NCBI GenBank assembly: GCA_001244265.2
Contig: CDLV01000009.1
Location: 1,922,001 to 1,986,000, forward strand
Length of the DNA: 64,000 bases
DNA from: Microbotryum violaceum
Lineage: Eukaryota
Direction of reading: 5' to 3'
The translations under genes and the position numbers were made by a program. A model generated the notes under the pieces. It was not told the origin of the DNA. It made no database searches and saw only the letters and a program-made list of their open reading frames with translations. Numbering within the stretch: position 1 is the first letter of the stretch; the number at the start of each line of letters is the position of its first letter. Shown here piece after piece: positions 12,584 to 23,909 of the stretch.

Positions 12584-14226
12584 TGGACGACAGGTGGAAG
12601 GTTTTTTTCAATTCGGTTGGTGTGCTTTGTTGTATCAACAACTGCTTCCTGCTTCATCCGCAGTGTGTATTTTTGGGCCTTGTTGTTGCCATTTCATTCC
12701 ATTTATCAAGATCAATTTCTGTTCGCTCAATTCAGTCTCGGTCGGATCGCTCTTCGCTCGAGTGGCAAAATGGCTCTTGTCTTTCTTCGTGCTGCCTACT
12801 TTGAGTAGTACGTCACGCGCTGAAAGATAGAACGAAGACCATACTCGACGGACATTTCCAGACATGCGACCCGTTGAAAACCAGGTCCGATCGTGAGAAG
12901 CTGCTGCCCGAGCCGTGAGTTACGGCCGGGTCCCGTCCTGCTCCGAGGGCCTTCGAAATTCGAGCCTCAAGCTTGACTAATCCGAATGAACTTGAAGCAG
13001 TGGCGAATTGCAGCTCGCATCTCACGTTCACTTACAATTCATTTTCAGGGACCCAGTACATTTTATAAAACAAGGGAGGTCTAAATCTTGAATCCGCCGA
13101 TGCCAACCTTGTTTAAAATGGCAAAAGACAGATTCAAGGTCTAGGCCAAGCCGAACCTCGTCGCCAGCCTCCCGAGTCCCTGGTCGGGCATGTTCGGAGT
13201 GCGATGGCCGAAGCGCGACGAAGTGTGGCGTCGCACGCGCAGGCGGAGCTGGGTGTATGCGCCTGGTACGCTTAATGTGGCGTGGTGAATTAGCGCTCGC
13301 GGAACATCACGTCCTGAGTTTATTCATAAGGCGATCGTCCCGCCTACCCAAGATCAAGTGAGGTTCCGCCTACAGAGCACATAAGCGAAACCGGTTATTG
13401 CCGCCCGTTCGGGCCAACCAGATCCGTCGTAAACGATGCTCTCGACAAGCGACTGCTTCTGAACATCAAAAAACCTGTACGACGGGTCAAGAGTGCTGAA
13501 CCACCAGCTCGGTGATCTCCGCGAGAACGGTTTCTTTTTTGCGGCAGAAGTACAAACGGGAGGAACACGTCTGAATTTTTCTTCGCACATCGACGGCGGA
13601 AATCCGTGCGTCGACGCCACACGCCACTAGCTCACAGCCGTACGACTAGAAAGAGGAGGGCTTTGTAGCGTCCAGAGCGCGAATCAAACGAGGAGAGAAG
13701 ATGGAACTGAAAGAACGAAGATCCAACGAATCTGATAGCCAGCGCGTTTCACACCACCTTTTCTTCTCTTTCGCGCGGGCGACGGTTGGCGGCGAACCCG
13801 ATTTCATTACCGCCGGACGTCCCTTTCCAGACCTGGAAAAGCGAACGTCCCGGGCCTTTTTTTCTCTTTCGTTGAGGTGCACCCGAAACTACCAAGAAGA
13901 TGTTCATGATTGGCGGATTTGACTCCAACCCACGATTATCACCCCACAGAAGGCCCGCGTGCCCTAGGACGAACCGCGAGCCTGCTGAAATGCCGGAATT
14001 TGTCGCGCGCAACCGTGCAACCGCGTCCACGCGTCGCCGGTTGCGATAGCACGTTTCACCCGGGCCGCCCCCAAAACTAAATAGTACGAGTACGTGGCGC
14101 GGGGTGCTCCGTTCCGCCACTTGGCACGGTCTTCTTTCGCTCGCCCCTTCTCTCTGCCTTTCCCTCCCCCCTCCCCTCCTCCCCTCCTCCTCCTTTCTCT
14201 CTCCTACCCACCCTACTTCCTCCACC

Positions 14227-16305
14227 ATGTCTTCCTCCGCCGCCCTTCGCCAACGTGTTGTGCACCAGGTCGACAAGAACGACGACGCGGCGTCCATCAC
14301 GTCGTCGAGCGATTCGGACGAACTGACCTATGGCGACTTCCCGCCCTTCACGCCTCCGCAGTTCACCGTCAAGGACGTGTTGGGCGCGATCCCGGCGCAC
14401 TGCTTCGAGCGCTCGGCGCTGCGGTCATCGACCTACGTCGTGGCCGACTATTCCATGCTCGCCGTTCTCTTCTACGCTGCGACCCACATCGACATCTTGT
14501 TCGGTAGCAACGGCACGCAGCTCCAGGGCGCGGCCGGCGTCGTCGCCAAGTGGGCGGCCTGGTCCGTCTACTGGATCCTCGCCGGTTGGGTCATGACCGG
14601 CATCTGGATTATTGGTCAGTTTTCATCTTTACCTTGTGCTGTATCCACTTCTCTTCTCTCGCTCTCTTGGGCGACACCGCGTTTACGGGTTGATTCGGGT
14701 CCATATCGCCCGTTCTCGTTGGGTATCGTTTCTCCGGGTTTTTGGGGTCTGTGGACTCGCGTGCCTCGCCTGGGTCGCTTGTGCTTGGCCGCTTCGCTGG
14801 GCGGTGGCTCTTCTGTGGCCTGGGCTGACGTAGGCCGTTCGGGGCGCGACCTTCAAGCTTCAAGACCCACCGCGCTGTCTCCGCGCGATAACCACGGGCG
14901 CGGCCCACGCTTGACACGACGCGCGCTGGGCCTCTTGGGCGGCGACCGGCCCTGCGGCCGACTGTCTCAAGCTCTCCATTTTCCGTCCCGCGTGCAATTA
15001 CCGCGATTCTAGATCTTTTTTCCACCTTGTTGGAGTTGTTCTCTCGCGACGCCGCTTCATGGACCGCATATCAAACATGTTTGCGATCCCTGCCCAATGT
15101 ACTTGGAGCTGATTATGCATTTCGCTTTCATCCCCATGCTCTGCCCCTTACTACAGCCCACGAATGTAAGTTCTGCGCCACGCCTTGGCCCGTGCCGGCC
15201 GGTCCCTTGGGGATCGCCGCGGAGACTCCGACCCGATTTCACAGATGAACTGACCCTGGAACTCCTCACATCTCTTTTAGGCGGCCACCAATCGTTCTCC
15301 CCCTCCAAGACCATCAACAATACCGTCGGGCTCGTTCTGCACTCCTTCGTTCTTGTCCCTTACCACTCGTGGCGCATCTCGCACGCCAAGCACCACGCCG
15401 CCACGGGCCACATGAACCGTGATGAGGTCTTTGTCCCCGCGACCAAGTCCGAAAAAGTCACCAAGGCCGCCGGCACGGGTCGCAAGGTCTTTGTCGAGAA
15501 TCTCGGCGCCGAGTTGGACGAGTTGCTCGAGGATGCGCCCGCGTATCGCTTGTTCCACCTCCTGGTGCAGCAATTGTTCGGCTGGCCCGCATACTTGTTC
15601 AGCAACGCTTCCGGACAGAACTGGTACCCCAAGGGAACGAACCGTGAGTTGCAGCGCATCGAAGATATTTCGCTCGCTCCTTCATCTGATCTGAACCTCC
15701 CTCCCCCCTCCCATCCACCAGACTTTAACCCCAACTCGCTCATCTTCGACGCCCGCCACCGCCAGCAGGTCCTCATCTCGGACGCCGGTTTGATCGCGAT
15801 GCTCTCGGCGTTGACCTGGTTCGGCCTCAAGATGGGCGGCTTCTCGGCCGTCGTCAAGTACTATGGCATCCCGTACCTGTTCGTCAACCACTGGCTCGTG
15901 ATGATCACCTACTTGCAGCACACGGACCCGATGTTGCCCCACTACCGCGCGAACGAGTGGAACTTCCAGCGCGGCGCGATCTGCACCATCGACCGCAACA
16001 TGCTCGGCCCCGTCGGCCCTTACCTCATGCACGGCATCTGCGAGACCCATGTCGCGCACCACGTCTGCTCCAAGATCCCTCACTACCATGCCTGGGAAGC
16101 TACGGAGGCGCTTAAAGAGTTCCTCGGCGAGCACTACCAGTCGACGAACGAGAACATGTTCGTGTCGTTGTGGAAGAACTTCAGGACATGCCGATACGTT
16201 GACGACGAGGGCGACGTTGTGTTCTTCCGCGATGCTTTGGGAAGGACGTCGAGGAAGGTCGTCCCCGCCGACGCACCGAGCGATTCTGGTGTCGAGGTCA
16301 ACTAA
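14227..16305 (+). CDS. FAD2: Delta-12 (omega-6) fatty acid desaturase
   Basis: Exons 14227-14614, 15157-15165, 15281-15643 and 15722-16305. Three His boxes (HECGH, HAKHH, HVAHH) plus IPAHCFERS and TYLQHTDP. Confidence 0.95.
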
Positions 16306-16910
16306 AGCGACATTCTCGGCGCTCCGCTCGACTCGACTCGACTGCTTTCGACACCTACCCTCAACCCGCGTCATACCACCTCTCGGTCTTTTCGTGCACA
16401 CTTTTGGCAACCTAGAAGCAACAGTAGAATATATTTTCGTTCCTCCCATCATCCCCTTGTTATGACGAACGCGCTTCGATCACCGTTACCCCTCTCATCC
16501 CTTTTACTCACGCTTAGAGAGGTTTTTTACCCCTCCTTCGCCTCGTCTTTGCTTCGCCAGACTGTTCTGGCTCTTCTGCCCTTTGCGCTACTGTCGGCGC
16601 AATTTGCTACGTATCATTCTGGGGTTTTGTCCTTGGCGCCGTTTCTTTTCTTCTTTTGTTTTGGGGGTCGCAAAAATCCAAGACTGCCTTGCTTCACATC
16701 CCCGCTTTGGTTCCATCAAAGCAGTGAGAGTGAGAGTTGTTGTCGAGACACCATGTACGAATGAAAAAGTGGCTCCGACCCGAGTCGACCTCGTAGTTTG
16801 AGCTCGGACCGGCCCTTCTGACTTTGAGCGAGCGGCGTTTTCGTCGCCTCCACCTCGCGCAGCTCTCCTCTGCTCTCTCCTCTCCCCCACACCATCCACG
16901 TACCATCACC

Positions 16911-17928
16911 ATGTCCACCGCAACAACAGCACCCGCTACCGCAAAGGCCTCCACATCGTCGTCTTCACGAGCCTTGACAGAACAAGGTACGTGCTACCCA
17001 GACCTCGTCGCGACGAAGAGTCCTCTGGAGCAGGTTCCTGATTCAAGTGGACCCCACCTTTCTCTGATATCGCGTCGATCGCGCCTATAGAAGCCAACGC
17101 TTTGTTTAGGAACAAGACAGGGGAGCTACAAGCTCTAGCAAGCGTGCGTCATACCCGTGGTCGTCTAATTCTCCATCCTCCAGAGAACGACGAGTGGGGA
17201 GCTAACACCATCGAAGACTCTCGAACCTTCTGTCCGACCATGGCGTTACACCGTCAACAGAAGATCGGAGAACTGGAACGAGAAGCCGAAGAACATGGGT
17301 AACGTCCTACCGCCTCCCTCTACTAGCTCCCCTCCCCAAAGTCCCCCGCTGACCGCTAACCGCTCTGCCCTCCTCCCCCTCCCGCAGTCTCGTAATCGAA
17401 ACCCTCACCGAAGCCAACGCCACAACCCCGGACCGTAAATGTTTTCGCCTCGTAGGCGGAATCCTCGTCGAACGTACCGTCGCCGACGTCTTGCCCGCTT
17501 TAAAGACCCAGTTGGAACAGGTACGCTTTTTGTCGACTTTTGTGCCGAGTGAGTGAGTGACTTGATTTTTGGGATCGGAGCTGATTTGTCGGGGGGGGCG
17601 TATCGCGGGTTTGGTTTATTGGGGGGGTTCACAGTTGAAGGGCGTGTTGGGGACGTTGTTGGGGGAGTACAAGAAGAAGGCGAGTCCGCGTTTGCTTGTT
17701 TCGTTTCGTTTCGGATGATGGGAAGCCCAACCAACCAACCGGTTCGAGGTGTGCTAATCCGAGTACCCGATCGTCGTCGACCTTCAGCAAACGAGCTTTT
17801 CAGAATGGCAGAGGGACAACAACAGTGAGCAACAGTTGGACCACCACCTCGTACAATCACATCTATGGGATCGACTGACACTACATTTTTGTGTGTCTCG
17901 TTCATTCGCAGTTGTAGTACAACGGTGA
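16911..17928 (+). CDS. GIM4: Prefoldin subunit 2 (multi-exon)
   Basis: Spliced exons give ELQALASKIGELEREAEEH, RKCFRLVGGILVERTVADVLPAL and a C-terminal NNIVVQR*. One donor is probably GC-AG (about 17680). Confidence 0.88.
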
Positions 17929-18402
17929 CCCGTAGAATATTCGGGCCTTTCAAAAAGTCCTCAATATGCAATTCGTCTCTAATCCAGTACTACAACCTTT
18001 ATTGGGCTGAGAGACTCGTCGAAAAGAAGCCTTGTGCAGCTACGTTTGTGTGTGGGGCGCCCGGGGAGTATTTGAACTCAAACAAGAACATCGAAAAAGG
18101 AAGCTGGGCCTCGAGGAAGACTTGGCGGACTCGTCTTGGCGGTGGACGGAGCGAAACTGGCGATGGGGCAGGGCTACTCGGACGACCACTTCGACTTTCA
18201 GCTTTTGGTTACCGTATTTTGAAATACCAGTTTGATTGATTGGAACTGAAACGAAAACTTGCTCGAGTGTGCTGTAAAGGTTTGAAACTATACAGAGGTT
18301 TTGGAATTTGGTATTTGGTAATTACCCCATCCCGCCTCATGGGGCGAGCTGCTCTCGCAAGCTCTCGCGCGAGCTCACGCGACTGTCATGCGCGTCACAA
18401 CT

Positions 18403-21007
18403 ATGCGCCACCTCTTTTCACATACTCCACACACTTGGTTCAAGCCACCTCCGCCTGGCAACGCGCCTGATTATTCAACCGCTCCGCGCTTGCCGGCCAA
18501 CGCTGGAACTGCGTTCGATTGCGCCGCACGTTTGGGAGGATTGAGATGGGGCGAATACTCTTCTCCTGGCGACAGGGTCGTCGACTCGTTTTTTAATCTA
18601 CTCGACTTACACCCATCGCTGCTCGAGCTCTTCGAAGCCAAGATCGCCGTCATTGAGGCGATGGGTTCGACCAGGGCTGGCCGCAGGGCTCGGATTACCG
18701 AAGACGAGGTCCAAAACGCATTTGCCATTCTCGCTGACGGCCTAGGAGGTGCAACGGGCGAGCTGCTCGACCACTATGCATCGATCACCGAAGACAACTT
18801 TACGCCCACGACCAGTGGCTACTGGGTAACGCCAAATAGCGTCCAAGGGCTGTCATACCGAACGCGCGGCGATGCCATCCTGGAAATTGGCCGTGGGGTT
18901 GACGACTCAGCAGTCGTTGTCTCGTCAATCGCGATCGAGTTTAAGCGGGGACCCGTGCATCACACGGCGACCAAAGGGCCCCCTCCATCCGGAACCAACT
19001 CGGCGATTCCAGTGCTCGATCACGCGTCGCCGGTGCCGCTGCAGAATTTGGAAACGCAAGTCTCGGTCGGTCCCGACGCCATAGCCACGAAGGTAAGAAA
19101 TACGATTTTTATTCGAATCGGCCTCGGAACTTCGATCTGATCTAACTATGTTCGCGTGCCTTTTGCAGGCCATCATTCAGTGCGCTTCCCAAGCCTGCCG
19201 GTTCTTTCTCCTGTTCTCGGTGCCGTTTTTTCAGATCGGTGAACTGGGTATGTCGCACCTTCGGCTTCGACCTGTGCATGGTGTAACGGTCACGCAGAGT
19301 CACTGATGCATGCAACTGCGCAATTGTGGGTCCTTCATACACAGTTGAACACCAACCATCCGACGCTGCAAAGGCAAGCGATGCGGCAGGTTCGACAGCG
19401 TCAGCTTCCACCTCGACGGCACCAATGCCTGGCACGCCCCACTCATCGACCCCCACCCCCCCTACCACGACCGAGGCGAGCGCCCCACCCGCTGTTCGAA
19501 GACAGTATAGCCTGCTCCTTCAAGAGTTGGTGCGATGGGTCGAGCGCTATCCAGGCACCTCGCTCCAGCCCGCCGAGACCCTCGGCGTTGACTTACCGGC
19601 GCGGTCGTTCATCGTGTCTTTCATTGCTCTGGCGTTCACAGCCGTGATGAAGGTGCCCGAGCCGGGGAAAGATCGCGTCAAAGAATTGCTCGACGCCAAC
19701 CCGAACACCTCGAATCAGTCGCGACCTCGCGCCGTCTCGGACTCGGACCGTGAAGATCCCTCCTACGAGCCGGCAAACAAAGCACCGAAAACGTCGGCCA
19801 TTGGCCCCGGTACTCGCTCCTCAAAGCGACTGGCAGGCGACCCCCGCTCACTCAAGCCAAGGGTTCGAATCGGCCCGTCACCCCGCCCGTCTCCGAAGAG
19901 GCCGGGTCCGACCTCTCCTCTGGCGCGCTCACTCCTGAGGCTCTCTGCTTCTCGTCCCCTCCTGCGTCGACGGACCGGAGTCCGACGACATCGCCGGCTT
20001 CCGGCTCGGTTCCTTCATCGAAATCGATCACAATCGCTCAAGATCGCAATTTCGTGATCCAGGCGAGCTTGTCGAATGCGCACTGGTCGATGATGGTGCG
20101 TCACACATTCTGACCATGCGGCTCCTGTGCCAGCACTCGTGGCTCCGCTCACCGAACGTGTCCTCTTGTGCTCTTTGCAGTCGTACACGGGCACGAGCCT
20201 CGTCAATCTGGTCGAAATTGACTTTGATATCGTCTCCTCGGATCGTTCCGACTCGCCCCTTTCGTCCCTTCTGTCGTCGAACCCTTCCCCAGCCACCGAC
20301 TTCATCCGGAGCCTCCATTTGTCTGATGCCGTTTTGCAGTGGTTGACGGAAGACCCCAAGGACGAGCTCGAAGACGATCGGATCCCGCTGGAACTGTTGG
20401 GTTACTTCGAGGCCGCGGCGGATCTTCGCCTGGAGAAGCAGGTTGGGACGGGAAGTACTGCCGACGGGTATCTTGCGAACGTGGTGCGCGCCAACCCACG
20501 TTGGTCCTCCCCGGCCAATCGCGAGGTCCCCCTTGTTGGCCACCTTGCTCCGAACACGAGGTACTTTCTCAAGCTCGTGACATGTAACCATGTTGGCTCG
20601 GTCGTCCGGGAGACGCTGTTTTATCAGCACGTCTTTCCCCACCTTCCCGATGGGCTCCAAAAACATCTGCCACAATACCACGGCACGTACCGCGGTATCA
20701 ACGGCAATGGGTACGCTATGGTGCTTGAGAATGTGGGGACTCATATGAATTACTCCGAGTTTTATGAACGGTCTGGTCAATGGCAGTAAGTCTTCGGGCC
20801 GTGGCAAGTTGTCGACGGCTCAGCGTGATGCTGACACCCCTGTTCTTTCACTTCGTCCTCGCCATGTGCAGGGAGATCGAGAAGGCTTTCGTTGAGCTTG
20901 GAATTGTTCACAACGATATCCGCCAGGGGAACGTATTGGTTCGACCCGACGATGGGGGCTTTTGCTTCGTCGACTGGGGACGATCTTATCTCAAACTTCG
21001 AGCGTGA
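18403..21007 (+). CDS. K1: PD-(D/E)XK nuclease-like plus protein-kinase-fold gene (5 exons; one homopolymer frameshift near 19845)
   Basis: N-terminal RGDAIL...IAIEFKR. C-terminal GTGSTA, FLKLV, RETLFY, MVLENVG, HNDIRQGN and VDWG. GT-AG introns at about 19093, 19248, 20096 and 20786. Confidence 0.8.
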
Positions 21008-21728
21008 ACCTCCCTCTCTCGCTTTCCCTCTACTCTATTCTCTCTCTCTCTCTCTCTCTTTCGGCAATGCTCGTGATCTCTTCACTGCCTCTCCCTTTCT
21101 CTCGGCAACGCTCGTAAGATCTTCACTTCCTCCTCTAAACCTGTATCTCCTCTACTGTTGCTTTATATACATACGTACTTCCCTCAGTTTTGTCTGCAAT
21201 GCGCAATGCTCACAACTTTGTTCTGTCCAGCTTCATAGCTGGACTGCGGGCCCCAGAGCCAAACGGGCGACAGCTTCTTACCGGTTCGGCTAGGACCATA
21301 ACAAGCGATGACTCGGAGGCTCCTACAGACCACCTGATCTCCATTCAGCAGTCATGGCTAACTTCTGATAGTTTTCTTCGAAAAGTCCGAGATTCGGATT
21401 CGAACTGTTATTCTCATCAGCTTTCTGCCCTATAAAACTCAGGCTACTCATAGCGAATTGCTTCTTCAGGTTGTGGAAGGCCAAGGCCTCGGAAGCGCAA
21501 CTTGAAGCACATGCTGAGTTTAAGTTGTCTGAAAATGCAACAAGTGCACTGTCATGCAGCTTCGACGCACATAGTCCACTCTCCATCCGTCTCACTTCAA
21601 GTTTATAATCCATTGCTCACAGCGCAGAGCACGGACACAGTCTGGCAGGATTAGCGCTTTAGCGTCAATGTCGATCAGTCCGAGCTCGAGTGCTAGTAGC
21701 AAGTGTCGGCGGCGGCGGTCATTATATA

Positions 21729-22700
21729 CAGTGGGCACCTCCAATATAGCAGATGCGAAATTCTCCCGCCAACTGCTTGCCAGCTACTCTCTCGCGCTGT
21801 CCAACACGTGCTTCCAGGCTCGCACAGATGCAACGACTCACGAGCACGCCACCATTCGTCTTTTGAGGGGAGAGTCGATACATTGACTTTTGAGGGGGAG
21901 GAAATTCAGAACGCACGAATTGCTGAATCGGAGCCAATGTACGGCCTCTACGGAAGCATGATGACATCTAACAAGTTTCCTCTACTGAAGCATGATGACG
22001 CTTCAAGCAAAAATATCTGACCTACCGACGCTGGAAATACGAGGTCCTCACCTCATTGTCGTCTGAATTCTCGCGGCATCCTGCTCGGCAACAAGAGTCC
22101 TGCGAATCCTCCTAGCCTCGTCCTCAAAATAAATCAAATCCGTTGGACCTGAGTACCCATTCATAGCAAACCTAAGGAAAGCATCAAGCGCTGAGATTGC
22201 CTCCTTCAGCATCGTTCGCTCCGCCGGTCGGAGCTCTATCTCCGCTTCCTCCTCTCCTCCTTCAAGTCCTCCCTCGCAATTCTCCTCCAACTCTGCGGCA
22301 ATGACCAGGTCCACACTCTCCTGATCGGTCATTTCAGCCCCACCAGCAAGGTTCTCCTCCTCCACATCGACGAGAAAGTGGATACTCATCTTCTCGCTGC
22401 TGGTAACTATCCCCTTTTCGACCAGCTCATCGTTCGCCGTCTTCAGAGCGTTCTCGGCGTTGATGATGCCGCGATCGTCATCGAGACGCCCGCGACCGTT
22501 GGGAAGAAGTGTCTGGTCGGTCGAGTCCTTTGTTCTTGCGATCAGAAAAAAATTGACGTGGCGCCAGCAGTTGAATTCCGGGAAGGGAATGAGACCATGA
22601 TGATATGAAGAGGAATTTCTGATGAGGGCTTCTCGGATTGTGAAGATGTTCATTTCGGCGTCGTTGTCGGCGGAAGAGGAGCGAGAAGCACGTCGCGACT
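21729..22700 (-). mobile_element. Pogo/Tigger (CENP-B-like) DNA transposon 3' remnant
   Basis: ORF 22048-22653 has NCWRH, an acidic tract and a QTTM..TSYF-type C-terminus. The terminus reads TA|CAGTGGGCACCTCC at 21729. Confidence 0.65.
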
Positions 22701-22879
22701 AGCCTGTCAACGTGTCAACCGCCGCCTTTGCTATCCTGTGCTCGCTTCTCGGCTGTTTCGGGGCATTTCGGACTCTTCCAGCAGGCGGCTCGTCAACAAG
22801 AACGTCGAAGGAGAGGCCAATTCCTGATCTATCGCTCATTTCCGGCTCTCTCTTATCTTATAATTTGGCCTGTAAACCC

Positions 22880-23196
22880 CATAGCAAAAAACGACCCCTG
22901 AAATGGGACAATCCCGGGATGATCCCGGGATCGGGCCCCGATTTGAAATCCCGCATCCGATTTGAAATGCATTTCGCAAATCGCTCCGCCGATTTCAAAT
23001 GCGTTTCAAATCGCTGTGGGATCGCGCGCCACGATTTGAAACGCATTTGGGATCGCGCGTCGCGATTTGAAACGCATTTGAAATCGGCGGAGCGATTTGC
23101 GAAATGCATTTCAAATCGGATGCGGGATTTCAAATCGGGGCCCGATCCCGGGATCATCCCGGGATTGTCCCATTTCAGGGGTCGTTTTTTGCTATG
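22880..23196. mobile_element. Palindromic MITE, 317 bp, with ~135-bp TIRs and CATAG termini
   Basis: CATAGCAAAAAACGACCCCTGAAATGGGAC... is inverted essentially perfectly at the right end. Possible CC 2-bp TSD. Confidence 0.9.
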
Positions 23197-23339
23197 CCAT
23201 AAATTATAAGGTATAAGATTGGACAGGGTTCTGTCAGCCCAAAAAATCGGGAGATTGAAAAGTCCATAAATTTTGCCAGGTACAAGATTGGGCGATATAA
23301 ATTTTCTCAGGTTTGACTGTAGTACTCGAACAGATACGC

Positions 23340-23570
23340 TCACTTGACCTTGCCGACTCGGTTCTCCTGTCGCTTGACCAAGGAAAGCGCTTATGACCTG
23401 GTTGATCATGACTGGATTACAAGCGTTTTTCGAGCGATAGGAGCGCCAGAACGGTTCATAGGCTTTCTCAGCGTCATCTACACATCGGTGTCGCTTCGTT
23501 ACATCATCAATGGACATCTCCGAAGTGAGGCGGTGTGCTTGCTTTGTGGCCTCGGACAAGAACATAAGTC
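23340..23570 (+). mobile_element. Short LINE RT fragment
   Basis: AYDLVDHDWI...RYIING...LCGLGQ, same family as 2600-3470. Confidence 0.75.
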
Positions 23571-23909
23571 TAACCCCCTTTTCAAGAAACATTGATTTTG
23601 CGTAAATAATCGAATATGTGAAATCTAATCAGGCTTGATACAAAAACCAAAAAAAGGCAAACCTCGGCGCCTTTGGGGTGCGCGGATCGGAGGGTTTCAC
23701 CCGACCAACTTTTCTGGATTTTTCAAATCCAATACAACACTTCCAGAACCACAAACTCCCAATTTTCGGGTACTTCTTAAATATTCCCTCTTTGACTTGT
23801 TCGGAAATTTTCCTGAGGACCACATGTGCTATAGCGCGATAAGGTCTTAGAATGATGATCTCTCTCGCTCTCTCTCTCTCCTCCCGTTAACCCGTTGGTC
23901 GCCCGAGGC

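Noticed and set aside
15682..16452. 256-aa minus-strand ORF
   Set aside because: Antisense shadow of the GC3-rich FAD2 exon.
20028..20807. 259-aa ORF antisense to the kinase exon, repeated in several copies
   Set aside because: Shadow ORF. It is conserved only because the copies are near-identical, and it is interrupted in K4.
22712..23592. Overlapping 165-aa and 244-aa ORFs with mirrored sequence
   Set aside because: Artefacts of the palindromic MITE and the LINE fragment.
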